A stretch of 64,000 nt of DNA from Octopus vulgaris (Eukaryota). The notes under the pieces are model-generated. The model saw only the letters and a list, made by a program, of their open reading frames with translations. It ran no database searches and was not told the DNA's origin. Shown in pieces: positions 28,364-41,142 of this stretch (positions are counted from its first letter, which is position 1; each line of letters begins with the position of its first letter). Where the stretch lies: NCBI GenBank assembly GCA_951406725.2, contig OX597825.1, forward strand, positions 85,560,001 through 85,624,000. The letters are read 5' to 3'. Position numbers and translations under genes: made by a program.

Positions 28364-28899
28364 GATTATGACCTGAATATAACAAACAAGATGAGTGCAA
28401 AGATCCGTCAAATGTAAATGATGTAAACCAAATACCGACTTTGTGAAATATAAAAATATAACCCGAATAAGAACAGTTTTCTGGTAGTCTTGAGGCTGTT
28501 GAGTACTTTAAAAAACAAAACTTCGTACCAAAGTATGGAATTTTAGAATTAACTGGTCTTCACAGTGTATATATTTTCATGATAATTCCATCAAATACAA
28601 GTTTTATTCTTGTCCCCTAAAATGTGACAGACTGATAAATTGTTTAATTTGTTCCCTTAATATTTACGTAGATACCAAAAATGCATACAACGCATGCAAC
28701 CCGTCTGTTTCCTCTTGTTCGCATTCATTATAACTTGATCAAACCTTTCGATTTTTCCCTGTTGGTGTAATGAGCTGGAAGCAGCGAAACAGACGAACTA
28801 GTCTAGCATTCATATTATAGTTTACCTGAAAATATTTTGGTGTAGGTAGCCACAGGATAATTTCCACAAATAAAAAGAAAAGAAAGGAGAAAGAGATCA

Positions 28900-29440
28900 C
28901 ATGATACTTCGAGTCTGTTGTGTAGAAAAAAGATTTTGATGCTTACAATTTTTGTGTGTTGCGGTTAAAAGAGGCTTTGTAGTAGAATAAAAATATATTT
29001 AACTGACCAGGATCTGGTTTGCACTGATGTTCATCTTATGAAGGTTTAGGGTAATTTTTCCATATGTAAAAACCATGTGTGGATTATATATAAAAATAAG
29101 CGTAAGACTGGTGAGACATCATTCATTTTGAAGAGGAAACTGGCAAATCATTTGAGTTCATTTAGAGATAAAAATAAAAGATTCCAAACAAGTTTTAGTA
29201 AATTGATTTGATTTATTGAAGACAGAAATGAAGACTCTACTATCAATTGGGAATTAATTTGTATTGCAAAACCATATAGAGCTGGATCTTTAAAATGTGA
29301 CTTGTGTTTTAGAAGAATTTTACCAGATTTTTACATTCAATGTAATAAATTCTGATCAGGAACAAACTTTGAGACGCTTGCACATCAGGAGACTCACTTG
29401 CTCAGTACAAATGAATAATAAATATTTAAACCACAGAATG
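28900..29440 (+). pseudogene. Decayed Penelope-like GIY-YIG endonuclease region
   Basis: GETSFILKRKLANHLSSFRDKNKRFQTSFSKLI...INWELICIAKPYRAGS..CDLC. Confidence 0.75.
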
Positions 29441-29769
29441 TTTTGAAATAATGGACTATAAGTGATTATCCAATCAAAACTCGAATTGGAGATAGTTCGT
29501 GTCTGACTTAGCGAACAGTTCTACGTCATACAAGTAGTCTCTTTCAACTCCACATTCCAGCCCCAAATTCTCCTTCTTCTGACGCTTTTGGTATTCCCTC
29601 GATTTTCCTTCCATTTATTTATTTACCTATTATCTAATTATTTAATTAGTTATTTATTTATTTGATAGAATCTGTTTATTTCGCTCAAAGAATCTTTGTT
29701 ACTTTCCAGTGCGATTTGACACTCACCTTCCATTCTTTGATTTCAGGTAATTCTTTCTTCATTATGTTA

Positions 29770-30410
29770 TATTCGTACAGTCTTTGTATCGCCTTTCATT
29801 TCAAGAATTGAAATAAAAGGAGATATTTTGATATTTGGTTTCAGCAGTACCGAGATATCTTTCTTTTCATCCCACAAAAAATACTGTTTTGTTTGTTTGT
29901 TCACTTTTTGTTCCTTTTTTTTTTTTTGCTTATTGCTATGCTCCAATGCAAATTTAAACACACTCTCATCAGGATGCTGATTACAGAGTCTCTACGCAAG
30001 CATTTCCCATCCATTTACAATAAGGTTCATAGTCACCCTCTTCACGCCACTTAACTTTACACTTGTCCCATTCTTTTTCCTTAAACAGATTCAGGGAGTT
30101 TATCTTAAGGACTAATCTTTAAATATCAGGTTTCGGTTCCACTACCAGGTCTCCTTTCTCAACCAATTCCGTAACACTTTCCAATTGATCATATATATAA
30201 ATATATTTTCACTATTAATTTGGTGATTTCTCCTCTCAATCGTTCCTTGTATAAGTTATTTATTTTATATTGTGTTTAAACAGATTCTAGCTTTCCGCAA
30301 CATGCTGCAAGATCAGTCCATCGCTACTTACCAATTACTCATCTAACGATTGATGATTCATTGGCACAACATTCTTCGATTCTGATCAACTTTCGGCCTC
30401 CAGCCTTGCA
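29770..30410 (-). pseudogene. Decayed R4/Dong-like LINE fragment
   Basis: KAGGRKLIRIEECC, KGDL, DKCK and FLWD remnants in R4 order. Confidence 0.55.
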
Positions 30411-30478
<68 letters not shown>

Positions 30479-30479
<1 letters not shown>

Positions 30480-30597
30480 GAGTGAGAGAGCAGTGCATGC
30501 CATCAAAATGACACTGGGGTAAAATATACGAAGCCCAGTATACCCATCATGACTACCCGTCTGATAAGGGTACACCAGGCACATGCATCACAACCAT
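30479..30597 (-). mobile_element. Truncated copy of the 555-bp element
   Basis: TGAGTGAGAGAGCAGTGCATGCCATCAAA...CATCACAACCAT after (ATT)n. Confidence 0.88.
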
Positions 30598-31340
30598 TAC
30601 ATTCACGTGCACGGAGATAGCCACGTCTATAATGACGCCCTCTTTTTCCACCGCCTAAAACCACAATGTTGTGTCTCCTGACATGAATTTCGCGATAAAT
30701 GTGTACGTCAATCCCATAAAATTTTGTCCTGGTCATTTTCTGTTACACTTTCTGATTGATGTCCGCACCATTTTCTTCATACTTTAAATCTATTTGCCGT
30801 AATATGCCCCGGTGTAGCTGTTCGGTCACATAGTCGTGTTAGCGTCTGAATCCCTTACGTGTAAGGAACTACAACAACTTACCTGCAGAACAGAATCCCT
30901 CTTTCTCATTACATATTCTGCACTTTGCACTTCTCATGGATCTGCCTATTTTTGGCGTCAACGATATCCATCCACGTTGAATGGCTATCGGCAGCCATTA
31001 TGACTTCTGTTTCTTTCGTAAGGTTTCCATTCTTCACCCATAAGCAAGACTCCTCTCCTGCGATGTTCTGCGCGAGTCTGAGATGCTAACCACGAAGTTC
31101 CTTTCCCCAGTTGTTTTCCTTCTCGCTCCTCTTCTTTTCGTCTTTTCTTGTAATGCATTACCGTCTCCACAGCTTCTTTCTCCTCTCCTTTGGCAGCTGG
31201 AATCACTCTTTCTGCTTTTCTTCTCACATACTCTTCTATATCTCGTTTTGCCATTTCTACGCAGTCTTCTATTGTAATGAATCCTCTCCTCACTCCTTCC
31301 GTGGTTGGTATAATCTATCTCGAGTGTAACCACCTGTACA
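30598..31340 (-). pseudogene. Decayed R4/Dong-like LINE fragment (thumb, CCHC knuckle, REL start)
   Basis: DRLYQPRKE.RRGFITIEDCVE, AKCRICNEKE, ESVTENDQDKILWD, EIHVRRHNIVV, VIIDVAI. Confidence 0.8.
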
Positions 31341-31438
31341 TGGGCATTGTCTACGTGGTATTATTATTATTGTTGTTGTTGTTGTTGTTGTCGTTGTTAT
31401 CATTATTATTATTATTATTATCATCATTATTATTATTA

Positions 31439-31493
<55 letters not shown>

Positions 31494-31509
31494 CATTATT
31501 ATTATTGTA

Positions 31510-31777
31510 ATTGTGATAGGTTTGTCTTTTGATTTGCATTTGTACAAGCTGACTCCAAGTCTCACTCAGAGACTTCAAGAGACAACAAGTTAGAAGTTCG
31601 TGTTGGTGTTGGTGTAGGATATGGGCAGTTCCCATGAGCACTATCTTTTGAATTTCTGCCATTTGGGGGTTTCCTGGTATCTGAGCTAGGTAGCAATCAG
31701 CCCCTTTTGCTATCATTCCAAGGGCACCTACGACAACATGTATTGTTTTAGTCTTAAGTGGCTGGTATTTCTCACTC

Positions 31778-31778
<1 letters not shown>
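31510..31778 (-). mobile_element. Young 5'-truncated R4/Dong-like 3' end between (AAT)n tracts
   Basis: VVVGALGMIAKGADCYLAQIPGNPQMAEIQKIVLMGTAHIL plus a short 3' UTR; AAT repeats on both sides. Confidence 0.85.
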
Positions 31779-31858
<80 letters not shown>

Positions 31859-31869
31859 CTTCATTATTA

Positions 31870-32040
31870 AGATGGTGAGCTGACAGAATCGTTAGCATAC
31901 CGGACAAAATGCTTAGCGATATTTCGTCCGTCTTTACGTTGTAAGTTGAAATGCTGCTCAGGTTAACTTCGCCTGTCACTCCTTCGGGGGTCGGTGTAAT
32001 CGTCTATTCCCCTCCCCACAAAAATGTCACACCAATAATA
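31870..32040 (+). mobile_element. SINE-A, diverged
   Basis: GGTGAGCTGACAGAATCGTTAGCATACCGGACAAAATGCTTAGCG head. Confidence 0.8.
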
Positions 32041-32087
32041 GCAGTAGTAGTAGCAGCAACAACAGCAGTGACTGCAGTAGCAGCAGC

Positions 32088-32173
<86 letters not shown>

Positions 32174-32193
32174 CAGCAGCAGCAGCAGCAGTG

Positions 32194-32272
<79 letters not shown>

Positions 32273-32992
32273 CAGCAGCAGCAGCAGTAGTAGCGATTAT
32301 GGTAAAAAGGGTGACCAATGCAATGTTGTCCTAAACATTTTTTATTAAACAAACCGAAAAATACCTGTGTAGAAAAATAATGTGCCCAGCGTATGACTGG
32401 TATGTATTTCGTGGGGCGAAAGTAGGCTTCACTTCGGATATAGTAACCAAAACATTGTATTACATTATAATAGAAGGTTGCTAGGTAGAAGCAGATAATC
32501 ATACGTTGCTTAGATAGAACTATCATAGAGAGAGGTGTTCTATCAGCTTTAGTAGTAGAAGAAACAGCAGAAGCAGTAGCAGAGAAGTTTACCAAAATAG
32601 ATTCCAGTGTTTCTGTTAGCATCACAGAGAAGACAGTGGAGGCAGCATCTCACAAACACCATCATCTCGTCGTCAACTTCGCTTACAAAAGCCAACTAGT
32701 ATATCGTAATGTTGACGAGTTCAGTTGAATTTGATTTCGCTCTCGTTACAGAAGGTCATTAAATGACAAATTACGCCTTAAATTAACAGTTCTGCTCATC
32801 AGTCAATCAACTAATCAATTAATTAATGATTTATTAACTGGATGTTATGGATGGGGTGAAACACTTCAGTGCCTCAAGTAACTTCAGAACATCTCTTCGT
32901 CACATTCCGCGAGATAACGAGTTCGAATTCTACACAGCTTTTGTATTGACATTCGACCTTTCACGATCGATAAAATAAAAACCAATAAAATA

Positions 32993-33203
32993 CTGATTTC
33001 AAATTTTGGCATAAGGCCAGCAATTTCGAGGGCGGGGATAAGTCGATTACATAGACCCCAGTGTTCAGCTGGTACATGTTTTATCGAAAAGATGAAAGGC
33101 AAAGTCGACACCCGGCCGCATTTGGACACAGAATGTAAAGTCGGACGAAATGCCGCTAAGCATTTTGTCCGGCGCGGTAACGCATCTGTCTGCTCGCCAC
33201 CTA
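32993..33203 (-). mobile_element. SINE-A
   Basis: GATGAAAGGCAAAGTCGAC...GACGAAATGCCGCTAAGCATTTT is the reverse family body. Confidence 0.85.
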
Positions 33204-33519
33204 AAGAACCAGTGAAAGAGAGTCTTTGAAGCAGTGGTGTTTCTGGCTCCCTATAATCTGAGCTCAAATCTTGGTACAGTCAACTTTGTTTTTCATCCCA
33301 CCGAGGTCGGTGAACATGTTTCTGTTTTTTAGATCTCAACAGCATAATTGTCGTTTGTTATTTGAACCTTTAACTCTGATTGCAATTCTAAACACACTGA
33401 CCAACGCAGGTGCCCTATATGTAAAATCTTTGTGGGGCCGGCACAGCGTCTTTTGTTTCATTTTCCTACAATGTTCAAAAGACCTAAAGTTGGTCGTCGT
33501 ATTATTATTGCTAAAAATG

Positions 33520-33550
<31 letters not shown>

Positions 33551-33991
33551 CAGTACTTGTGGTGGTGGTCGAGAGGGTGCTGTAGTTTTAGCCGTATTGG
33601 TGTTTTTGATGATATTGCTACAAAATTTCCATGAAAAGCTTCCGAACGAAATCCCATTTTCCCTTGACAGATGGCAGCCTCCGAGGAATGAGTTGCTGTC
33701 ACGTCCCTCGAGGTTACCACCTGCCATTCCCATCTGGTAAAAACAAAAACCAACACACTTCTCATATTTATATTCAACATGATTGTCAACTGAACCATCA
33801 AATCAAGAGGAAATATTATTCCTTCGTTTTGTCTTTCGGCGGTGATCCTATCTCTACGCCATTACAGCTGGTTGCTTATGTAACTTTTCAGAGCATTGTC
33901 AATATACATACGGTATGTATACACACATACATACATACAGACAGACAGATAAGTAGGTAGGGAAGTTGATATATATATATATATATATAGA

Positions 33992-34043
<52 letters not shown>

Positions 34044-34050
34044 TAGATAA

Positions 34051-34134
<84 letters not shown>

Positions 34135-34229
34135 GTAGATAGATAGACAGACATACAGACAGACAGACAGACAGACAGACAGATAGATAGATATGAATAC
34201 GCATGTAGATACACACAAGCATACATACA

Positions 34230-36040
34230 CGTGATTAGCAGGTGTTCAAAATTTTGAAGTTATTACGTCGCTAAGCGACACGACGTTGTTTCAAAAACAA
34301 TTTAGAATGCCACCAGGAAGAACGACTGTTCTGGAATAAATATGGAGAATCTACCTGATGGATATGAACAGAAGGAACACAGGTGGAACATTCCCATAAA
34401 AAACATCTGTCAAGTATCAAACATGACAAGCCGGATATTGCTGTTTAGGACTGAAAAAAAGAATTATGTCCTGCTGATGCGAATACCTCTTTGAGAATCA
34501 AAGAGACAGAGAATAACCATGGACAACTGCTTCGAAACCTCCAGCTTCTTTATCCGGATTGTATATTCACATTTATGCCAATAATAATTGGTGCACTTTG
34601 GTTTTGTGAGTAAATGACTAAATGACAAAGTGACCATCTGGATGGGCTGGGATTTTCAGAAAAAGAAATCGGCCAACTGATTTGCTCATTGCAAATAGAA
34701 TCTGTAAGTGGAAGAATATAAATATGCAAAACTTTTCTCAAGTTTAAAACGTGAGATTGTTTTCGTATCTTTATTAGAAACCAGTCCCTTTCTTAGAGGA
34801 AGAATTTAAATGATTAAAAACAGAAGAGAACACAAATTCTCCAAAACTGGCGGAGATTCTCCAAATCCAATCAATAAGTGACACAGTGAAGGCTTGTGAG
34901 ACATTCCCAAAATTCTCTGTCTGAGATTATAATATGAATAGACGCACACGATTGGATATATACATAGACAATTCCTCCAACACACCAACTCAACCGCTGT
35001 TTACAAACACCGATAACTTTCTTAACTCAAAAAGATCTTGTTGCTTTCTTAGCGTCTGGCTTGAACTTTCTAAAGAACTTAAATATAGCCCAAAGAAAAA
35101 CATACACACATACATACACACATATATACATACATATATGCATGCATACGTAATACATATATACGTTCATACATACTTACATCTAGAAGGATAGCCTTCG
35201 CTATCCAGGAATAGGTGGCAGCTAATAAATACCTGATAAACAAGGGGGTACAAAGATATCACCAAACCTTCACGTTGTGATAAAAAATGTCGGTTCTGCT
35301 ATATCAGTGTTGAACATCTCACTCACATCATCAGTTGTTGCCCCCAAATGTCCGCGATCTACAACCTGTCCCTGAAGCATGATATAGACTATTTAGAATA
35401 TATATCCGTAGGAAGGACTGCCCTGATGTATACATCAAAGGCATGTCAGAACCAGCAGCTATTCACACCTTTTCAAGCAAAGAATACTGGTGGAACACCC
35501 AAATAAGAATACCAGATCAGTGCAAACATAACAGACATGATATTCTGTGAGGTAGGGCACAAAAGCCATGCACTTTTAGAGATGTTAGTTACCCTCCTAT
35601 GTAAATGTTCGATCAAAATTCCAGGAAAAAGTGAATATTTATGGCGAATTAATGCAGAACTTAAAACTTTTGTACCCTGATTATTTATTCTCATTTGGAT
35701 CCATCATCATTGGTGCATTATGTTATGTAACAATAAATTTGTACAAAACCTAAATATACTCGGTTTCACAGAAAAAAAGCAAAAAAATACAAATCCAATC
35801 TGTTAGTAACCAAGTGAAGATTTGTAAAACATTCCAAGAATTCTCCACCTTAGATTCTCATTTGAACTTATTCTCTTTGGAACTGATGCACACACAAAGT
35901 GTATGCATCGACATTTCAACCAACACACCAACTCAACCACTGTTTACAAACACCGATAACTCTTTTAGCTCAAAAAGCCTTGTCACTTTGTTAGAGACTG
36001 GTTTGAACTCTCTCAAGAACTTAAAGAAAACTTAAAGAAA
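34230..36040 (+). pseudogene. Tandem decayed 3' ends of one REL-type LINE family (three termini)
   Basis: KHDKPDI...GQLLRNLQLLYPD...IIIGAL...ICKTF; CDKKCRFC...HIISCCPQM...YWWN...YGELMQNLKLLYPDY. Shared 3' UTR CACACCAACTCAACC..TGTTTACAAACACCGATAAC at about 34980 and 35925. Confidence 0.78.
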
Positions 36041-36059
36041 GATCATATATACATAGAAA

Positions 36060-36260
36060 CGAGACCACAGGGAAAGGATAGCTTCGGCTGTAGGAACCAA
36101 CTGCCGTCAGGACACGAATGTGGTTAGAAAAATGCAAACGAAAGAAGATATTTGCGAACTATTGACAAGGAGTTTGCAAATCTAGGCTTCATGCTTATTA
36201 TTAATGAAGCAACAGGATACATATACCGACCCACCTGGAGCAAAGTATGGCTGAACTTAG
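36060..36260 (+). pseudogene. Possible decayed RTE-like C-terminus
   Basis: RTIDKEFANLG...NEA....R.TWSK resembles the RTE pattern RTVEKEL..G...EA...DR..W. Confidence 0.4.
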
Positions 36261-36489
36261 GAGCTTTGGGAGAGAATGTTAATCCTTAATTCATACTATA
36301 CAAATGGTCACGGTATCTGGGACAATAAAATTATGCAAGATATTCTTAAGATTTAAAGGACAATAAACAAAGCAAAGCCCTTTCCTTCAAAACTTCGCTA
36401 CCCAGGAGGTGGGCCGTCAAAATTATCTCTAACATTAAAAAGAGAAAGAGGAGACAAACGCACACATATATACATATATATACACATAC

Positions 36490-36524
<35 letters not shown>

Positions 36525-36826
36525 TGTATGTATGTATGTATGTATGTATGTATGTATGTATGTGCGTGTGTGTGTGTATGTTTGTGTGTTTACATACTAA
36601 TATACATATATGCATACGTAGTAAAGTGTAAATTAAAACGGAATTAAAATCAGTGACCTAATCAAAACATCATATTAGCAACAACAACAGCAACAACAAC
36701 AACCCGCCCATCCCACCCAAAAGCGCAATTCACAATAACAATTGCAATTAAGAAAGTAAGTATATATTTTAAGAGAAAACAATCTGAAGGTGGGACAAAT
36801 TACAATTTGAATTTGAAATTACTGTC

Positions 36827-36877
<51 letters not shown>

Positions 36878-36882
36878 GTAAT

Positions 36883-36913
<31 letters not shown>

Positions 36914-37594
36914 GTAATAATAATAACGACAACAACAACAAAATGTATTATTAATCGATACAGAAAAATATCCAGTAATTTACATCGTTTGCCGAACAAA
37001 AGAAATAAAGGAAAAATAAACCAACAAAATATCGATTTTTGAATATAAAATTGAAAGAGAAAAAAATATATATTTAGAACGGAAATAATGATAGGAGGAA
37101 AGAAATCAGTAATAACTATAAGAACAACACCACCACCAACAACAACAACAGTAATAATAACTACAACAACAACTACTTAAGGAAACAACAGCAACAGCAA
37201 CGAGAACAACAAGAATAGATGCAAAGTCATGCAATGAAAACGAAAGTGTAGAGTAATGGTTTATGCTGTTCAGAGGAAGGATTGTTTTACAGTTTTCTTT
37301 GCTATTATTTTATTTATCTTTATTTTTTTTATTTTTGCATTTTGTTTTCTTAGTGAAAATAAAATGATGACTGTGACTTCGAAACAGAAACCAATTTTGT
37401 ATCTTAAACTATTAACAGCTATGGAGAAAATAGACACACCAAGGTTGGTTTCGTTGTCTTTCCGTTCAAGCTATTTATATATGCGAATATATATGATTTT
37501 GATTTTGATTTTGATTTTTGATTTTTCCAGTTTCAGCTTATGAGCTGTGGCCATGCTGGGGCACCGCCATTTGGTGTTGCTACTTGGTTTCACT

Positions 37595-38460
37595 TCATGA
37601 AGGCTTTCTAGCAGCTGCTATTTGGTGCATGAGAGAGTTCGATGCAGCTGCCCTCATCTGCCCCTCCTGCCGTGAAGTTGGTTCATCTGGGACACCTGAC
37701 AGGAAGAGATCCAGCTTCATTTTAAAGACATCTGTATCCACCCCATGCAGGTCTCTCAGGTTCTTCGGGAGGATATTGAAGAGCTGTGGGCCTCGGAAGC
37801 CCAGGCTATCACAGAATCTTGTCCTACATCTTGATGGCAAGTTTGGAGTCCTAGGCACCACGCAGTGGCGCCCAGTTCTGGCATTTGCGTAACTCTCGAT
37901 GCCAAAGTTCAGGACACTTCCCTCCAGGATCTTCCAGATGTATATTATGGCATATCTTTCCCGCCTACGCTCCAGGGAATATAATTTTAATTTCCTGAGT
38001 CTTTCCCAGTAGCTTACATTCTGCATAGAGGCTATCTTCTTCGTGTAGCTACGTTGGATCGCCTCGAGCTCTGTGATCAACTTGACACTGGATGGTGACC
38101 ATAACTGAGAGCAGTAGTCAAAGTGGCTTAGGACAAGTGTCCTCCAGAGGACCATCATGGTTTCTTGTTCTCTTGTTCTAAAGGTTCTGAGGATCCATCC
38201 GGCCAGTCGTCTACATTTCATTGCCAATTTAGCAACATGTACACGAAAGGTCGCGTCATCACTCATGTAAATACCTAGGTCACGCACTGATTGTGCCTCT
38301 GGGATTGCTATTCCTCCGGGTCCAGTGTATTCATTGGGTATTGCATTTAGTTTTGCATGCTGATAGTATAGAGCTTGAAACTTTTCAGCATTGAACTGCA
38401 TGCTATTCTTTTCGGCCCACTTGTATATTTTGTCTAGCTCACATTGCAGGTGTTTAGTGT
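37595..38460 (-). pseudogene. LINE ORF2 segment 3: RT thumb and C-terminal domain
   Basis: MQFNAEKF, VRDLGI, DYCSQLWSP, LEAIQR, SYWERLRKLKLYSLERRRER, FKMKLDLFL are typical of CR1/L2-group C-termini. Confidence 0.93.
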
Positions 38461-38477
38461 CCTCACATTGCAGGTGT

Positions 38478-39824
38478 TTAGTGTATTGCCTGTGAAACTT
38501 TTGTATCATCTGCATAACTTGTGATCGTGGCTCTCTGCGTGGCTGAGGGCATGTCTGAGAGGGCCATTATGAACAGTAGTGGTCCCAGAACAGTGCCCTG
38601 CGGAACACCGCTCACTATTTGCGTGTTAATGGAAGTGGCCCCATTGGCCACTACCACCTGACTTCTATCTTTCAGAAAGTCATGAAGCCATTCTCCCAGT
38701 TTTCCAACTATGTTGAGATCACGCAGTTTGTGACATATCATTCCATGATCGACTTTATCAAAGGCCTTTGCAAAGTCGAGATATATCACTTCCACATTTG
38801 AATGGTTGAGCAGCCGTTTCAGCACCCAGTCATAGTGTTGTAGGAGCTGAGTTAAACAGCTTCTCCCTGGTCGGAAACCATGTTGGGTGTCGGGCAGCAA
38901 GTCATTTTCTTCAAGGAAGGTGATCAGCTTCCTTCTGACTATTCGTTCCATGACCTTGCTGATGTGTGAGGTCAGAGAGATAGGTCTATAGTTCTTGGCT
39001 TCCGCTCTGCTACCTCCTTTATGAATGGGGCATATTTTACCTTCCTTCAATTTTCTTGGAAGTTTGCCAGCTGCAAGGAAGCTCTGAAAGAGGAACTGCA
39101 GTGGTCTTGCTAGGACTCTCTTACATGCTTTTAGGAGGATTGCCGGGAATCCATCGGGGCCAGTAGCTGAGTCTGTTTTCATTTCATCTATAGCCTTGAT
39201 TACATCGTCTTCCTTTATATCGATGTAATCTATCGTCGCCGCCTCTGATTTTATATCTGCAGTGGTAAAAAAGTCAGTTGGATTGGTGATTTGGAGATGC
39301 CCAAGGGGTGGAGTGAAAACACTCTTGAATTGCTCATTCAGTATTTCACTTACCCTCATTGGTTTTCCTGTAAGTGTGCCATCCTTTTCGAGGAGTGGCC
39401 CTATTCTACAGTGCACCGTAGCTGTTTCTTTGGCATACCTGTAGAAAGCTCTGGGGTTAGATTTTATGTTGTCTATAGCCCAGGCTTCTTTGTCTGCTCT
39501 TTCCTTTTCATGGGAGAGTTTCAGACATTTTTCGATTTCCAACAGTTTTATTTTTAGGCGGGACTTTTCACTGCTTTCAATCTGTTTGTTTAGGCGATTT
39601 GAAAATTTTGTACGCCGTCTCATTAGAATTTTCCTCACTCTGGGGATTTTGTTCTTGTGTACAGTGGCCTTTCTCTCTGGGACATATTTGTAGCATATGG
39701 CTTGCATTACAGACATGAATTGTTGAAGTTTCACGTCGATGTCTGGCGAGGAGAGACATTTAGGCCAGTTTTGTTTGAGGATCTCTTTCTCAATTTGTTT
39801 CCAGTTTGCCTTATGGTAGTTCAA
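38478..39824 (-). pseudogene. LINE ORF2 segment 2: reverse transcriptase
   Basis: ATGPDG, NYRPISLTS, QHGFRPGRSCLTQL, YLDFAKAFDKVDH, SGVPQGTVLGPLLF, YADDTK; frameshift immediately after YADD. Confidence 0.96.
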
Positions 39825-40711
39825 GCTGGAAAGATTCTGGGGTTTCTTGTAGGCTGCATGTCCGTGCTCTCTTTTGGCCCGTACATGGTCAGCTCTATCA
39901 TGTTGTGATCCGAGAGTAGTGTCGGTGTCACTTTCACATTATGGATGAGATCCATGTCATTTGTGAAGCAGAGATCCAGTGTGTTACCTGCCCTGGTTGG
40001 TTGGAGTATTACCTGCTCCATGTACAGGGTGTTGATGAGGTTCAGGAGGGACCTCGCCTGTCCTCGTTCACATTTTGTCATTCCTGGGAGAGAAAGGCCC
40101 TCGGGCCATCTGACATTTGGCAGATTGAAGTCTCCCATAAGAAGTACACTTATGTGTTGTTCTAATGTGGTTAGAGCTTCTTCTATTTTTATAAGGCAGT
40201 CTTCAAACTTGCCCACATGGCTTGGGGCATCTGGAGGGCGGTATGTAGCACACACAACTACATCAAGTTGCCTAATATGTACAATTAGTGTGTCACACAC
40301 CGAGTTTGAGTATGACAAGAGGACCTGGGGTGTGAGGTCCTCACGGATGTACATAGCAACACCTCCATGACTCCTTTCTTTCCTGTCGGTCCGTAGTACA
40401 GCATACTGTGGTATGTGTAACTCCGCATCTGCTATATCCGGTTTCATGTGCGTTTCCGTTAGTGCTATGCATAAGGCTTGATTGCATGCAACAAAATCTC
40501 TCAGGAACGGGATTTTTGTCCTGTTACTGAGTGTTTGCAGTCCTCTGATGTTCAGTAGGAGCATCGAGGTGAGGTGTACGTTGTTGCCGGTGGTGTCCAT
40601 CCTGGGTCTGTTTGCTGTGGTGGTGGTCTGGTATATAGTGGGTAGTCCCACCTGCGGGCTTGGGTTTGATGAAGCCAGGTCAGCTGCTGTATAATCTTTT
40701 GTGCCATGCAC
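39821..40711 (-). pseudogene. LINE ORF2 segment 1: apurinic-like (APE) endonuclease
   Basis: Motifs LLNIRGL, IALTETH, RTDRKERSHGGVAMYI, YRPPD, MGDFNLP, PTRAGNTLDLCFTN, SDHNMI. Frameshift near 39830-39845; probable start at MDTTG. Confidence 0.93.
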
Positions 40712-41142
40712 ACAAAAGATTGTTGCTCAGCAGCTGCCCTTTCGACAACATCATGTTGGTGGTTTGTGGCACGCACAACATCTGCGTACCTCCGCTTTGG
40801 GGCAAATGGTGCGTGGTCCATCCTTTTTCCTTGTGTTGATGGTTTGTCCATCTGCCTCGTGTCTCTGTGGCAGGGTCCCCGATGTGCAAAGCGGCAGCCT
40901 GCACCTTCCTTTCCATGCCAGCAGGAACCTCTCAGGTAGAACCTACACACCTGTGTGCGCTGTCCGTTTCCATCTTTTGCGGTTCCACTTCTATTCCTGG
41001 TTTTTTCCCCCTTTGGTCCTGCTTGAGCTTTTCCTTTAGCTCTACCAGCCCTTCTTTTAGTTCTTCCTCCTCCCTCTACCTCTTCACCGGGTTCTCCGTC
41101 TCCATGGCCTTTGCTGCCGGTTGGAGAACTTGCACCTGGGTT

